From a virus (lineage: Duplodnaviria; Caudoviricetes): 64,000 bases of DNA. The DNA is taken from IMG/VR virus record IMGVR_UViG_3300042866_001263; one strand, written 5' to 3'. The notes beneath the pieces were generated by a model. That model was not told the DNA's origin, ran no database searches, and saw only the letters and a list, made by a program, of their open reading frames with translations. Both the position numbers and the translations under genes were made by a program. Below are positions 25,229 through 35,970 of this stretch, piece by piece; position 1 is the first letter of the stretch, and the number at the start of each line of letters is the position of its first letter.

Positions 25229-28200
25229 ATGGCTGACCGCTTCCCATTAATTGTTAATTCTGTTTCACTGAAGATAGAAGAATTGATATCTGGTGATAAC
25301 TTAAACTTAACTGGCAACAATATTATTGCTGCTAACTCTGGAGGTACTGCGGGACAGTATTTGAAGACTAATGGAACAACAGTTATCTGGGATAATCCTG
25401 GTGATGTATATTTAACTGCTCCTCAAACCATAACAAATAAGACGATTGAATCGTCTATCATTTCTGGAACCACGAATACATTCACGTTCATTCCAAATAG
25501 TGCTCTAGTCAACTCCTCAATTACTGTTAACGGAACTGCTATTTCTTTAGGTGGAACTGTAACAACTCCAGATAATAATACAACCTATACAATTTCTGCC
25601 CAAGATGGTGGTAACGCAGCAACCAAAGTTATTCGTTTGACTTCTGGTGGTAATGCTGGTGCTGGTGTTGATGATGACGTAAGTTTAGTAGCAGGAACAA
25701 ACGTTACATTATCAAGAACTGGCGATGCCATTACAATTAATTCTAGTTACGTTGATACAAATACCGTCACTCGTTTAGCAGCAAGTGGCGGTACTTTAGT
25801 TTCTGGCGATGTAACGATTGCTGCTTCTGGTGCAGCTTCAGTAGCTCAAGTCGGTCAAACCATCACAGTTTCTGCTACTGATACAAACACAGTTACTAGA
25901 CTAAGAGGAACTGCTGCAGGTACATATACATCTGGAGATCTTCAACTTCTTGCTAGTGGCGCTACATCAGTTACTCAATCAGGTTCTGATATTACTATTT
26001 CATCGACAGATACTATAACAAGAGTAAGAGGAACTGCTGGCACATATACATCTGGTGATATTACAATTGCTGCTACTGGATCTTCAACGGTATCACAAGT
26101 TGGTAGCACAATTACAATCAACTCAACCTATGTAGATACTATCACTAGGGTGAGAGGAACAACTGGTGGAACTTATACATCTGGCGATCTAACAATTGCT
26201 GCTGGTGGTGCAACATCAGTAGTTCAATCTGGTTCAACAATCACCATTAGTTCTGTAGATACTAATACCACATATACTGCTGGTACTGCCCTCACTCTAA
26301 CTGGAACAGTATTCTCACTCAAGAATAATGCCAACCTAACTGGCAATAGATTGCTCAAATGGGATAGTGGTAACTCACAGGTAACAAATAGCATTATTTC
26401 TGATGACGGATCCACAATTACTATTGCTGGAGACCTTACAGTTACTGGCTCTACAACTACAGTTTCAAGTCAGACTGTTGTAATTGAAGATGCACAAATT
26501 GAACTTAGAAAAGGATTAAATCTAACAGGAGTTGATGCTGGACTTCAAGTTAATAGAACCACAAACGGTTTAGGTGTTGTCTCAACCTACAGCGTAATGC
26601 AGTGGTTTGAATCTGGTGGATACTGGAGAGTTTATGATGGTTCAGTTGCCAACAGACTGGTAACAGAAGGTGAAACTCAAACTCTCACAAACAAAACTCT
26701 AAGCAATCCAATACTCACTACCCCAACTCTTGGTGCTGCTACAGCTACAACGATCAATGGATTAACAATCTCTCAGACTGTTACAGGAACTCTGACGATT
26801 GCTAACAACAAAACATTAACATGTAACAATACTCTAACCTTCAGTGGAACTGATGCTTCTACAGTTGGTTTTGGTACTGGTGGAACTGTGGTTTACACAA
26901 CCAATAACCTATCAGTATTTGGTTCAACAACTTCTGCACAACTTCGTGGTGTTCTGAGTGATGAAACTGGAACTGGTGTTGCTGTGTTTGCTACATCACC
27001 TAGTTTTACTACTAGTGTATTGAGTGCTAGCACTACCTTTGCTGTCTTCAACACAACAGCAACAACAATTAATGCTTTTGGTGCTGCTACTGCTGTCAAC
27101 ATCGGTGCAACAACTGGAACAACAACGATACGAAATAGTTTAACTGTAAATGGAACAACAAACTTAGGTGACGTTGTTGGTGATGTAGTTAATCTAAATG
27201 GAACTGTGGACTTTGTTAATGCTGACTTCACTATTCGTGGTGGTGGAGCAAACCCAATCGCAATTGGTAGAGGTGGTAACGCTATTGCCACTAACACTAG
27301 AATGGGTTACAACTGTCTGAATTCTAATACCTCTGGTAGTCAGAACGTTGCTATTGGTTATGAAGCTTCGAAGACAATTAACTCTGGTGCAGGAACAGTT
27401 GCTATTGGATATCAGGCACTCACAAATGCAAGTACAGGTCAGAATAACGTTGCTATTGGTAGATCTGCACTTACTGGTATTTTAACAGGTCAAAGAAACG
27501 TTGGCGTTGGATCCAATACTTTAGAAGGAAATACAACTGGAACTGATAACGTTGCTATTGGTTACTATGCTGGTGCTGGTGCTACTGGAAATGGTAACGT
27601 ATTGATCGGACCAGCACCAGATGGTAATAATACAAACGTAACTCACACACCACCAACACCATCAGGAGATAACCAGTTAGTTATTGGTTCTGGTACTGCT
27701 ACTTGGGTTCGTGGTGATGCTAACTTTGATGTTACGCTTCCACAAAATGCAAACGTTGGTGGTAATCTCACAGTTAGTGGTAACTTAATCATTAATGGAA
27801 CCACAACTTCAATCAACACAAACGTATTGAGTGTTGACGATAAACTAATTGATATTGCTGATGTTTCTGCAAGAACATTTACAGCAACTATCGTAAGTAA
27901 TAATGCAAACATTACTGCTATCTCGCCTGTTACGGGACTAATTCCTGGAATGGTTGTTAGCATCTCTACTGCTGGATTGAGTGTTCCTGTTGGCACGACA
28001 ATCGTTTCGATCACCAACAACACCGCTGTATTATCAAACCCAGTTACTGGATCATCTGGCACTGCGACATTTAACGCACAGGGAGCAACAGATACCACAG
28101 CTGACGGTGGTGGTATTCGTATCAAGGGAACCACAGACAAGTCTATCACTTATGTAAATGCTACAACAGCATTCACATCTACAGAACATTTTGACCTTGC

Positions 28201-28999
28201 TACTGGTAAAGCATATAGAATTGGTAACGTTCAGATTGCGAATGGATTAACAACCACAATCGGTCCTACTACTGGTGCTTGGAGTATTGGTGCTGGTGTC
28301 ACAAGTTCTAGTTTAACTTCTGTTGGTTCTCTAACAAGTCTAACTGTAAGTGGAACATCCACTTTTAATTCTGTTGGTAATGCTTCTTCTGGTTCAGTAA
28401 ACTTAACATCTACAGATCCATTCATCAGATATACTGTAAGTGGAGGAACAGCAAATCAAAGTAAATGGGATCTTCGTGCTTACAATAATAGTGGTGGTTA
28501 TTTTACATTCAGAACAGTTAATGATGCTAATACTGTATTTACTGAACGATTAACTATTTCTGCTTCTACTGGTGACGTAACTATGTTTGGCGGTCTTACT
28601 GTTACCACCACAACGAACCTCAAACAGATCACAGAAACTTCTGTAAATAATTTCAATACAACTCTTGCTCCTTCATCTGGAACACTTACTGTAGATACAT
28701 CGGCAGCAACTGTAGTTCTTGGAGATTTAAATGCTTCTGTAACTACTTGGGCATTCACTAATGTTCCAACAGACAACAGTAAGGCAACAACAGTAACTCT
28801 AATTATTGACGGAGATACAGCACAAACCTATGGTGATGCTTGTAGTGTAAATGGTTCCGCTGTTTCAGGTGGAGTTAAGTGGTCTGGTGGTACTGCTCCA
28901 ACAGCAACAAATAATTTCGATGTAATCACATTCACCATCGTAAGAGATGGTGCTGGAACCATCAACGTATTTGGTTCAGGCAATACAAACTTTAGCTGA
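25229..28999 (+). CDS. Long tail fibre / virion structural protein
   Basis: MADRFPLIV N-terminus, four tandem repeats of about 42 aa, NVAIG repeats, G/T-rich; late promoter about 25187-25195. Confidence 0.8.
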   Translation: MADRFPLIVNSVSLKIEELISGDNLNLTGNNIIAANSGGTAGQYLKTNGTTVIWDNPGDVYLTAPQTITNKTIESSIISGTTNTFTFIPNSALVNSSITVNGTAISLGGTVTTPDNNTTYTISAQDGGNAATKVIRLTSGGNAGAGVDDDVSLVAGTNVTLSRTGDAITINSSYVDTNTVTRLAASGGTLVSGDVTIAASGAASVAQVGQTITVSATDTNTVTRLRGTAAGTYTSGDLQLLASGATSVTQSGSDITISSTDTITRVRGTAGTYTSGDITIAATGSSTVSQVGSTITINSTYVDTITRVRGTTGGTYTSGDLTIAAGGATSVVQSGSTITISSVDTNTTYTAGTALTLTGTVFSLKNNANLTGNRLLKWDSGNSQVTNSIISDDGSTITIAGDLTVTGSTTTVSSQTVVIEDAQIELRKGLNLTGVDAGLQVNRTTNGLGVVSTYSVMQWFESGGYWRVYDGSVANRLVTEGETQTLTNKTLSNPILTTPTLGAATATTINGLTISQTVTGTLTIANNKTLTCNNTLTFSGTDASTVGFGTGGTVVYTTNNLSVFGSTTSAQLRGVLSDETGTGVAVFATSPSFTTSVLSASTTFAVFNTTATTINAFGAATAVNIGATTGTTTIRNSLTVNGTTNLGDVVGDVVNLNGTVDFVNADFTIRGGGANPIAIGRGGNAIATNTRMGYNCLNSNTSGSQNVAIGYEASKTINSGAGTVAIGYQALTNASTGQNNVAIGRSALTGILTGQRNVGVGSNTLEGNTTGTDNVAIGYYAGAGATGNGNVLIGPAPDGNNTNVTHTPPTPSGDNQLVIGSGTATWVRGDANFDVTLPQNANVGGNLTVSGNLIINGTTTSINTNVLSVDDKLIDIADVSARTFTATIVSNNANITAISPVTGLIPGMVVSISTAGLSVPVGTTIVSITNNTAVLSNPVTGSSGTATFNAQGATDTTADGGGIRIKGTTDKSITYVNATTAFTSTEHFDLATGKAYRIGNVQIANGLTTTIGPTTGAWSIGAGVTSSSLTSVGSLTSLTVSGTSTFNSVGNASSGSVNLTSTDPFIRYTVSGGTANQSKWDLRAYNNSGGYFTFRTVNDANTVFTERLTISASTGDVTMFGGLTVTTTTNLKQITETSVNNFNTTLAPSSGTLTVDTSAATVVLGDLNASVTTWAFTNVPTDNSKATTVTLIIDGDTAQTYGDACSVNGSAVSGGVKWSGGTAPTATNNFDVITFTIVRDGAGTINVFGSGNTNFS
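25754..26280 (+). repeat. Four coding repeats of about 125 bp (DTxTRxRGT..TYTSGD..) in the tail fibre
   Basis: Visible in the translation. Confidence 0.8.
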
Positions 29000-29007
29000 G
29001 GTCTAAC

Positions 29008-29934
29008 ATGAGCCCATTAGCATTTGGTTTAGGAAGTAGTAGAGCATTTGGCATAGGAAAAGCAACAATACTCCCAGCAGTTCCGTTGAATTGGGAAATG
29101 TTATTAGTTGGTGGTGGCGGAGGTTCTTATGCTCCATGGTATGGTACAGCATCTGATGATGATTTCATTTGGCCAACTTATTCTGGAGGCGGCGGCGGTG
29201 GTGGCGTAAGAACCACCAGCGGAACTACAGCAAACGGAAGTTCTTTATATCTTACTATTGGTGCTGGTGGTGCTGCTGCTGACAACTCTACTGGTAAAGG
29301 AAGTTCTACATATTATGCTTTATCTGCTGGCGGGGCTGCTGTTTTTACATCATTAGGCGGTGGTTCTGGGGGAAGTTCTGGCGCAGATAAAAATGGTAGT
29401 TCTGGCGGTGGTGGTAGTTCTTCTAGGTCATTTGGGTTTCCAACAGTAAGACTTACTGCGGGAACAGGAACTGCTGGTCAAGGTAATAATGGAGGTGGCG
29501 CAAATATCTTGGATTATGGTGGCGGCGGCGGCGGTGGATATGGAGGTGCTGGCACTACTACTAGCGTGGGACCTTTTGGTGGTACTGGAGGCAATGGTGG
29601 TGCCGCATATAATTTAACATCATTTTCTACTACTTCTGATAGTTATGTTGGATGGGGAGGCGGTGGAGCAGGTGAAGGTACTACTGGAGTTAATGGAGAT
29701 CCAACAAATAATCCATTCACAACAAATGCCCCAGCAAATAGTGGCGGTGGTGCTCATGGAGTAACTACTAATTTTTCAGCTTCTTCATCTAGTGGTGGTT
29801 CTGGGGTAGTTGTAATTCGATATCCTGGCACTGTTGCTAAAGCAACTGGAGGAACCATTACATATGTTACAGTGGGCGGAACTGCTTACGTTATACATAC
29901 CTTTATAGGTTCTAATACATTTACTGTTTTATAA
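29008..29934 (+). CDS. Glycine-rich tail-fibre-associated protein
   Basis: LLVGGGGG..GGSGVVVIRYP..ATGG..HTF. Confidence 0.7.
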   Translation: MSPLAFGLGSSRAFGIGKATILPAVPLNWEMLLVGGGGGSYAPWYGTASDDDFIWPTYSGGGGGGGVRTTSGTTANGSSLYLTIGAGGAAADNSTGKGSSTYYALSAGGAAVFTSLGGGSGGSSGADKNGSSGGGGSSSRSFGFPTVRLTAGTGTAGQGNNGGGANILDYGGGGGGGYGGAGTTTSVGPFGGTGGNGGAAYNLTSFSTTSDSYVGWGGGGAGEGTTGVNGDPTNNPFTTNAPANSGGGAHGVTTNFSASSSSGGSGVVVIRYPGTVAKATGGTITYVTVGGTAYVIHTFIGSNTFTVL

Positions 29935-29936
29935 TC

Positions 29937-30191
29937 ATGGCACACTTTGCTAAATTAGACGAGAACAACAAAGTAATCGAAGTTATTGTGGTATCTAACG
30001 ATGATATCGTTGACGAAAATGGAGAAGAAAACGAAGAAGTTGGTATTCAATTCTGTAGAAACATTCAAGGAGAAAATACTAACTGGAAGCAAACCTCATA
30101 TAATGGAAACACTAGAGGAAGGTATGCTGGTATTGGAATGTATTATGATGAAACAATTGATGAGTTTGTTATTCTTGCTGGAGATGAATGA
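29937..30191 (+). CDS. Small tail-fibre assembly-associated protein
   Basis: MAHFAKLDENNKVIEVIVV..WKQTSYN..YAGIG. Confidence 0.65.
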   Translation: MAHFAKLDENNKVIEVIVVSNDDIVDENGEENEEVGIQFCRNIQGENTNWKQTSYNGNTRGRYAGIGMYYDETIDEFVILAGDE

Positions 30192-30805
30192 ATATAAAAT
30201 TACTTGATAATCCATTCCCTCATGTATTAATTGAAAACTTTTATAGTGAAAAAGAGTTAGCATTAATACAAGAAGAAATTAAATTCTTATCATACTCAAA
30301 CAAATTATACAAACCAGGAGTTCATCACACTAGTAATGCAGAACTTACTGAAAGCAGAGCACTACACCTGGAAAGAGCATATGCTATACCAGAGTTATCT
30401 AATATTCTTCAAGTTACAAAGAAGACATTAGATACTCCATTCATATCAACAATCGTAAATAAATGGCCTCATTTATTACGTCTCAGATATGTTAATATGA
30501 TTATCACAAAGTTAAGATACTACCACGATGGAGAGGGATACCAACCTCATACAGATATTGGGCATGAGTTTTTAACCTTCTCATATTTCCACACCACACC
30601 AAAGAAGTTTAGTGGTGGCGAATTATACTTTCCACAATACAAATATCAAGTTGAATGCTCACATAATACTTTCATCTTATTGCCTGGATATGTAGAGCAC
30701 GGCGTAAAGAAAGTATCTATAAATGATGATGCTTATTGGAATGGTGATGGGAGATACTGCATATCTCAGTTTATGAGTGTAAAAAATAGTGATAATTATG
30801 TCTGA
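30188..30805 (+). CDS. 2OG-Fe(II) oxygenase (prolyl-hydroxylase-like)
   Basis: YQPHTD, FSGGELYF, HGV, GRYCIS. Confidence 0.85.
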   Translation: MNIKLLDNPFPHVLIENFYSEKELALIQEEIKFLSYSNKLYKPGVHHTSNAELTESRALHLERAYAIPELSNILQVTKKTLDTPFISTIVNKWPHLLRLRYVNMIITKLRYYHDGEGYQPHTDIGHEFLTFSYFHTTPKKFSGGELYFPQYKYQVECSHNTFILLPGYVEHGVKKVSINDDAYWNGDGRYCISQFMSVKNSDNYV

Positions 30806-31532
30806 ACAAATACATCAAATCTATCACGTAGCAAGGTGTGGTTCTACACTAATGACCTCATTGCTATCTACAGTATGTAAAGCATATGCTGAACCATCCT
30901 GGGCAAAGTCTTTATTGATTGGAACCGATCCATATAAAAACATAGAAAATTTCTATGGGTCTGTTGTTAAGTTTCCAAGCATGACTACTTGCTTTGAAAC
31001 AAACTTTCCTGGAAATAAAGTATTTCTATACAGACCTTTAGCACAACATCTGTGTAAAATTAAATCTGTAGATCCTATATGGGTTAAACAAAGATTATCT
31101 AAAACAGATTATATTTTTAAAAATCACAATCACCCAAAGTTATCTGATTGGAACTCAGAAGATGACTTGGACAAAATAACATACGTGTGGCTGTGTAGCG
31201 TATTTCGTATGTTAGATAGTTCAAATGTTTTGTGGATAACTACGAATGATTTTCTACAAGATAAAAAAGAAACTTTGAGGAAGATATGTAACCACTTTAA
31301 TTTACCAGAAGTAACTGACTTTTCTTTCTGTGATATTGATGTAAAAAAGACAAGATTAAATGGAAGAGATGATACAGTTATCGATACATTTAATCAAACA
31401 GAACACATAGAATACACATTCCCATCATATGGTTTGATAGAAACTAGTATGGCTTTGTATGACCTCGACATACAACGTAGAGTGAATGAGATAAGAGATA
31501 AATTCCTAGAAATAGAACAATTTTTATATTAA
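30798..31532 (+). CDS. Sulfotransferase-like P-loop protein
   Basis: IYHVARCGSTL, LYRP; ATG 30798. Confidence 0.55.
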   Translation: MSEQIHQIYHVARCGSTLMTSLLSTVCKAYAEPSWAKSLLIGTDPYKNIENFYGSVVKFPSMTTCFETNFPGNKVFLYRPLAQHLCKIKSVDPIWVKQRLSKTDYIFKNHNHPKLSDWNSEDDLDKITYVWLCSVFRMLDSSNVLWITTNDFLQDKKETLRKICNHFNLPEVTDFSFCDIDVKKTRLNGRDDTVIDTFNQTEHIEYTFPSYGLIETSMALYDLDIQRRVNEIRDKFLEIEQFLY

Positions 31533-31576
31533 AATCGAACACGTAATAAATATTACGGACCACATCACACGGACCA

Positions 31577-31915
31577 ATGACTAATAAGAAAAACGAAAAT
31601 GCTATGGGACAACTAATTCGTATATGTATTTTGGGTTGGTCTGCGGCTCTTCTAACTGCAAGCTATGCTGGCACTCTATCAAAGATGGATCCAACATTTA
31701 TTGCAACTGTTTTTACCGCCTCTGCTGCGACATTTGGTATCAACACTATGAAGAAAGGCGGTGATGAGGAAGACGAAAAGAAAGAAGAACCTAAGAGAGA
31801 GGAAGTTGTAGAAGCTCCACCTGTTGAACCAGTAGTAGAAGAAGTTGCAGCATCTCTTGAAGAAAGAGTTGAAGCACTTGAGGAAGGTTTCGTACAACCT
31901 CGCACAGGAGCATGA
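31577..31915 (+). CDS. Conserved two-TM cyanophage membrane protein
   Basis: ILGWSAALLTASY..MDPTFIATVFTASAATFGI, acidic tail. Confidence 0.65.
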   Translation: MTNKKNENAMGQLIRICILGWSAALLTASYAGTLSKMDPTFIATVFTASAATFGINTMKKGGDEEDEKKEEPKREEVVEAPPVEPVVEEVAASLEERVEALEEGFVQPRTGA

Positions 31916-32115
31916 TGCAAAAAGTATTTAATGCATTAGCAGTTGCCTCATTTGTATTGAGTGCAACTGCTGTAGGCGCTGGAGTTTATGCTTACATGAA
32001 TAGAGAAACTCTAATCGAGCAAGCAAAGCGTGAGATCATCGAGGCAGTTATGCCTAAAGGTGTCAAAGAAATTCAAGAAAAACTACCTATCAAACTACCT
32101 ATCAAATTGTTCTGA
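31912..32115 (+). CDS. Small membrane-anchored hypothetical protein
   Basis: N-terminal TM, ATGA-type coupling. Confidence 0.6.
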   Translation: MMQKVFNALAVASFVLSATAVGAGVYAYMNRETLIEQAKREIIEAVMPKGVKEIQEKLPIKLPIKLF

Positions 32116-32318
32116 TGTATATTGCTAAGAGAGAAGGGTTTGCTGGAACCTGGGATTACTTCCAAGACAACGTAAATGACAGTCCCAAATGGACAAAGGA
32201 TAAAGAGAAGGCACGTTTGTTTGCAACTCAAGACCAAGCGATGAAACATGCTAACCAGAGTGGTCTATATACTATAATTCTGGAAGTGGTAGATGGCACA
32301 AGCACCAGCGAAGGATAA
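32115..32318 (+). CDS. Hypothetical protein
   Basis: Coupled ORF in track. Confidence 0.5.
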   Translation: MYIAKREGFAGTWDYFQDNVNDSPKWTKDKEKARLFATQDQAMKHANQSGLYTIILEVVDGTSTSEG

Positions 32319-32424
32319 GCGTAAGGAAGAGAAAGATAACATATTTGTTGATATGTTATACAATCTTGTAGTATATCTTCCAGTAGTTATATTCTCTTGG
32401 GTTGTGGATAAATTTTCAGATTGA
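32293..32424 (+). CDS. 43-aa membrane micro-protein (cassette copy 2), not in track
   Basis: MAQAPAKDKRKEEKDNIFVDMLYNLVVYLPVVIFSWVVDKFSD; homologous to 6945-7094. Confidence 0.6.
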   Translation: MAQAPAKDKRKEEKDNIFVDMLYNLVVYLPVVIFSWVVDKFSD

Positions 32425-33282
32425 GAACTTTGCAGATAGTTTTTTAGCAATCTTTTTGGCAGGGGCAAATAGAGGTTTAAATCTCTTTTGCCCTTCTTTT
32501 GTAAATTTTTCTGAGATCACATCATCAATAATGATCTTGTTATCAATCTCATAGAGAGCATTGATTTCAACTTGATCACGAATATACTGCTCTACATTCT
32601 CTACTTGATCTACAAGTTTTGTTCCAGTATCAGAGTATTCAAACACATCTATGTGTCCACTCTCTGCCATCACATAATGTAGAACTGGTTTAACATGTTT
32701 GATCTTGAGTTTGAATTTGCTTTTGGTTGCTTCTTTTATAAGTGGCTCAGCAGCGTTCTTGAGGGTATTGAAGACCGTTGTAGCAGCCATGGTAGCAGCA
32801 GTCGTTACAACTGCCACAGAACCCGCTGTGGCGATTAGGGATGGGTCTGGTAGATCGATCTTCAACCCAGCAACTGTAAATGCAGGAGTTATAGGTTCTG
32901 TTGGAACCTCTATTTGGGGAGTTGTAGGTTGCGGTATTACCTGTTGAATAGAGGGGGGTAGATCTACTGGTTTAGGATCTGGAAGTCCTCTAGATTTTTC
33001 CTCCTTCTGCTCTTGTTCTTTTTGTTTATCTGCTCTTGCAGCAGCATCAAACTCTTCCTGTGTAGGAACATTGATGACTGGATACTTGATTGATGTATCT
33101 GGAGCTTGAAATACAGGTAATGCCAAACCACGAACAACTGGAACCTCTGTTGACCTAACAACTGGAGGATCTATTGTTGGGATAATAGATGGACCACCAA
33201 TGCCAATTTTTGGTATTCCATTGGCATTGTTTGATATATTGGCAATTCCGTTGGCATTACTTATTGGCGGTATGAGATCCAT
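32416..33282 (-). CDS. Pro-rich single-TM protein (cassette copy 2)
   Basis: Paralogue of 7083-7949, same length. Confidence 0.7.
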   Translation of the reverse strand: MDLIPPISNANGIANISNNANGIPKIGIGGPSIIPTIDPPVVRSTEVPVVRGLALPVFQAPDTSIKYPVINVPTQEEFDAAARADKQKEQEQKEEKSRGLPDPKPVDLPPSIQQVIPQPTTPQIEVPTEPITPAFTVAGLKIDLPDPSLIATAGSVAVVTTAATMAATTVFNTLKNAAEPLIKEATKSKFKLKIKHVKPVLHYVMAESGHIDVFEYSDTGTKLVDQVENVEQYIRDQVEINALYEIDNKIIIDDVISEKFTKEGQKRFKPLFAPAKKIAKKLSAKFSI

Positions 33283-33826
33283 TTGGATACCTCACAACTA
33301 CGTCGGCACATATCTTATAGTATGGACTGTCTGGATGAAATGTAACACCAGATTTGATTGCTTCGCCACACTTCAATAGTCTGACTAATTCAAAATCAAG
33401 TCTTGCCTTATCTGTTTCTGCTTTTTGTCTATCTATTTCTACCTTTGCTCTTGACTTACAAAGCTCCATTAGCATTCCATCTAAAGGTACGTTGATACCA
33501 GCAGAGATGCCCCAGTTATGATTTCTGGAAGGAAATGTCTCTGGATCATCACTAGCATTTCCACTTTGCAATACGAATGGAGATAGAGAAAATGTTGCCC
33601 CTTGACAACTCACTCCACCTCCATAAGTATTCAATGCGTATGGACCCTGTAAGACTTGAACTGCCTGATTGGTAACGTTTCCTGTAGCACTCGCACTCGG
33701 ACCAGCAATGTTAGTATTAGATGGAGCAGGAGTACTCTGAGCAAACGCACTACCAGACAATACTACTGCGTAAATACAGAGATTGATGTAGTAGTTGATT
33801 GTGTTTCTGTGCTGCGATCTATCCAT
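33257..33826 (-). CDS. Exported beta-strand plus coiled-coil protein (cassette copy 2)
   Basis: Paralogue of 7924-8493. Confidence 0.7.
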   Translation of the reverse strand: MDRSQHRNTINYYINLCIYAVVLSGSAFAQSTPAPSNTNIAGPSASATGNVTNQAVQVLQGPYALNTYGGGVSCQGATFSLSPFVLQSGNASDDPETFPSRNHNWGISAGINVPLDGMLMELCKSRAKVEIDRQKAETDKARLDFELVRLLKCGEAIKSGVTFHPDSPYYKICADVVVRYPNGSHTANK

Positions 33827-34122
33827 GTTTCTTTAGCCATTCCAGGTCCGAGGTAAGTTTCACTGAACTGGAATGGAGCACCTTGGTTCATGATACTATA
33901 GTTTGCTCCTTGTTGAGGAGTGCCAGGAATGTTAATATTAGTTCCAGTCACAGTATATGATGTGCCAGTTGTATATTCAACTTGACGAATTGTTTCTATT
34001 ACTTTTGTTGTTGATTCTGTGGTCGCATTGATTGTGCCCCTAGTGAAATTAGGCACAACACTTTCTGCTAGGGCAGGTGAAGAAAACCCTAGCAGGAATA
34101 AACCTGCTAGGATATATCTCAT
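33763..34122 (-). CDS. Secreted Thr-rich protein (cassette copy 2)
   Basis: 4 aa differences from 8430-8789. Confidence 0.75.
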   Translation of the reverse strand: MRYILAGLFLLGFSSPALAESVVPNFTRGTINATTESTTKVIETIRQVEYTTGTSYTVTGTNINIPGTPQQGANYSIMNQGAPFQFSETYLGPGMAKETWIDRSTETQSTTTSISVFTQ

Positions 34123-34580
34123 TTGAATACGCTCAGTTCAATACTACGTTGTGCAGTTGCGGTAGTTCCAGCACCACCAGCAGTTACAGTAGGAACACCA
34201 GTAGGTGATAATGTACCAGCAAGAGAACCCTTGTCCCCTGCTAACTGAGTAACACTATCTCCATAAAGGTTGGGAGAAGCAATAACTCCACCGTTAACGG
34301 ACTGAGTAGTGACTGGTGTATCTGCAGCATTGAAGCTTTCTGAGAAACTAAATGCTTGACCTGCTGTATTGATATCATAAGTTCCAGCACCATTTACTCC
34401 ACCAAAGGAGGTTGCTTGAACGTTTGTACCAGAAGCAGAATATGAAGCTCCAATTCGAGTTGATTGTACCGCAGCACCCTGAACGTTTAGTTGAACAGAG
34501 TCAGTAATTCTAGATGTAATTTCAGCAGCACTTACAGGAGTAACAAAGAATAACGAAAAGAGTAAAAGTGATCTTTTCAT
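34119..34580 (-). CDS. Secreted Gly/Ser/Thr-rich protein (cassette copy 2)
   Basis: Paralogue of 8786-9247. Confidence 0.75.
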   Translation of the reverse strand: MKRSLLLFSLFFVTPVSAAEITSRITDSVQLNVQGAAVQSTRIGASYSASGTNVQATSFGGVNGAGTYDINTAGQAFSFSESFNAADTPVTTQSVNGGVIASPNLYGDSVTQLAGDKGSLAGTLSPTGVPTVTAGGAGTTATAQRSIELSVFK

Positions 34581-34626
34581 TGTTCTGTATTATTTGAGAC
34601 CATATTTATTTATCCCGACAAGGAGC

Positions 34627-34655
34627 TTGACATTCCTTTACATTTCCTATATACT
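34627..34655 (+). promoter_or_regulatory. Sigma70 promoter with an HLR1 (RpaB)-like direct repeat over the -35
   Basis: TTGACA-17-TATACT; TTGACATT-CC-TTTACATT matches KTTACAWW-N2-KTTACAWW with one mismatch. Confidence 0.7.
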
Positions 34656-34681
34656 ATTGTTGTAAATCGTTACAAAACGAA

Positions 34682-34876
34682 ATGACTGTTACTACCAATG
34701 ATCGTGGGCAACAGAATATGTGGGCGCAAGAACCTACTATGTACTACGAAAACTACGGGATGGATACTCCCAACCAAGTAAAGGAGAAATATAATGGACG
34801 CTGGGCTATGGTCGGCATTGTTGCTGGTGCTCTTTCTTATGCTCTCACAGGTAAACTCTTCTTCGGCATCTTCTGA
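34682..34876 (+). CDS. hli: High-light inducible protein
   Basis: EKYNGRWAMVG..LTGKLFFGIF. Confidence 0.9.
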   Translation: MTVTTNDRGQQNMWAQEPTMYYENYGMDTPNQVKEKYNGRWAMVGIVAGALSYALTGKLFFGIF

Positions 34877-34962
34877 TGACTGAAGGTTTTTGGACCCTGA
34901 CAACAGTTGCCTTTCTTGTGCTTCTGTGCTATTCTATTGAGAAAGTTACCGAAACTTACTAA
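34876..34962 (+). CDS. 28-aa hydrophobic micro-ORF, not in track
   Basis: [28 protein letters not shown]; overlaps both neighbours by one base. Confidence 0.55.
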   Translation: MTEGFWTLTTVAFLVLLCYSIEKVTETY

Positions 34963-35255
34963 TGACTGTTTACAACGTTACGCTTCAAACCCCTGATGGA
35001 TCCGAAACGACTATCCAATGTCCTGAAGATCAATATATTCTCGACGCTGCTGAAGAAGCTGGCGTTGATCTACCTTCCAGTTGCCGTGCTGGTGCTTGCT
35101 CTGCTTGTGCTGGCAAACTGATCAGTGGTAGTGTAGACAATTCAGAGCAATCATATCTTGATGATGACCAAATGGAAGATGGTTGGGTGCTCACTTGTGT
35201 GGCATATCCTACTAGCGACTGTGTGATCTTGACCGAACAAGAAGAAAACCTGTGA
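34962..35255 (+). CDS. petF: Plant-type [2Fe-2S] ferredoxin
   Basis: [26 protein letters not shown]. Confidence 0.96.
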   Translation: MTVYNVTLQTPDGSETTIQCPEDQYILDAAEEAGVDLPSSCRAGACSACAGKLISGSVDNSEQSYLDDDQMEDGWVLTCVAYPTSDCVILTEQEENL

Positions 35256-35461
35256 TGACAACTGGTGATATGTTAGGGCAACTCAGTATTGCCCTTCAAG
35301 AATTGGTAGAGAGTGGTGCTTGGACTAACGGACAAGATCTGGAAGTCAAGATTGCTGGCACACTCAAGAGTGACAAATTTATTGTTATCAAACCTATCAA
35401 AGAAAAACTTATTTGTAACCTTAATCCTGAACTGAAACAACAACATGACCCGAGTACCTGA
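35252..35461 (+). CDS. Conserved hypothetical protein
   Basis: Coupled ORF. Confidence 0.55.
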   Translation: MMTTGDMLGQLSIALQELVESGAWTNGQDLEVKIAGTLKSDKFIVIKPIKEKLICNLNPELKQQHDPST

Positions 35462-35969
35462 AGTATCTTTTAGAGACCGTCGCCCTTGCTACAATGGTGA
35501 CTATGATTGGTATAACCTTACTACATCTGAAATCTTTGATCAAAAACGTGTGGTTGTGTTTGCTCTGCCTGGAGCATTCACTCCTACCTGTAGCACTTTT
35601 CAACTGCCTGGTTATGATCTAGCATTCAACGAATTCAAGGCACTTGGTATTGATGAAGTGTGGTGTCTGTCTGTGAATGATGCCTTCGTAATGAACGCAT
35701 GGTTCAAATCACAGGACATTCAAAATGTCAAACCTATTCCTGATGGTAGTGGAGACTTTACCTATTCTATGGGTATGTCAGTTGCCAAGTGTAATCTTGG
35801 ATTTGGTTATCGTTCATGGCGTTATGCTATGATTGTGAATGATGGTGAAATTGAAATGATGTTCGAAGAACCTGGAAAAGTCGGAAATTGTCCGATTGAC
35901 CCTTACTCTGTGAGCAGTCCAGAGAATGTACTTGAATACCTCAAAAACACTTATACGAAGGAGAACTAA
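35445..35969 (+). CDS. prx: Peroxiredoxin (Prx5 / type II)
   Basis: FALPGAFTPTCS..LSVNDAFVM..RSWRYAMIV. Confidence 0.92.
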   Translation: MTRVPEVSFRDRRPCYNGDYDWYNLTTSEIFDQKRVVVFALPGAFTPTCSTFQLPGYDLAFNEFKALGIDEVWCLSVNDAFVMNAWFKSQDIQNVKPIPDGSGDFTYSMGMSVAKCNLGFGYRSWRYAMIVNDGEIEMMFEEPGKVGNCPIDPYSVSSPENVLEYLKNTYTKEN

Positions 35970-35970
35970 A

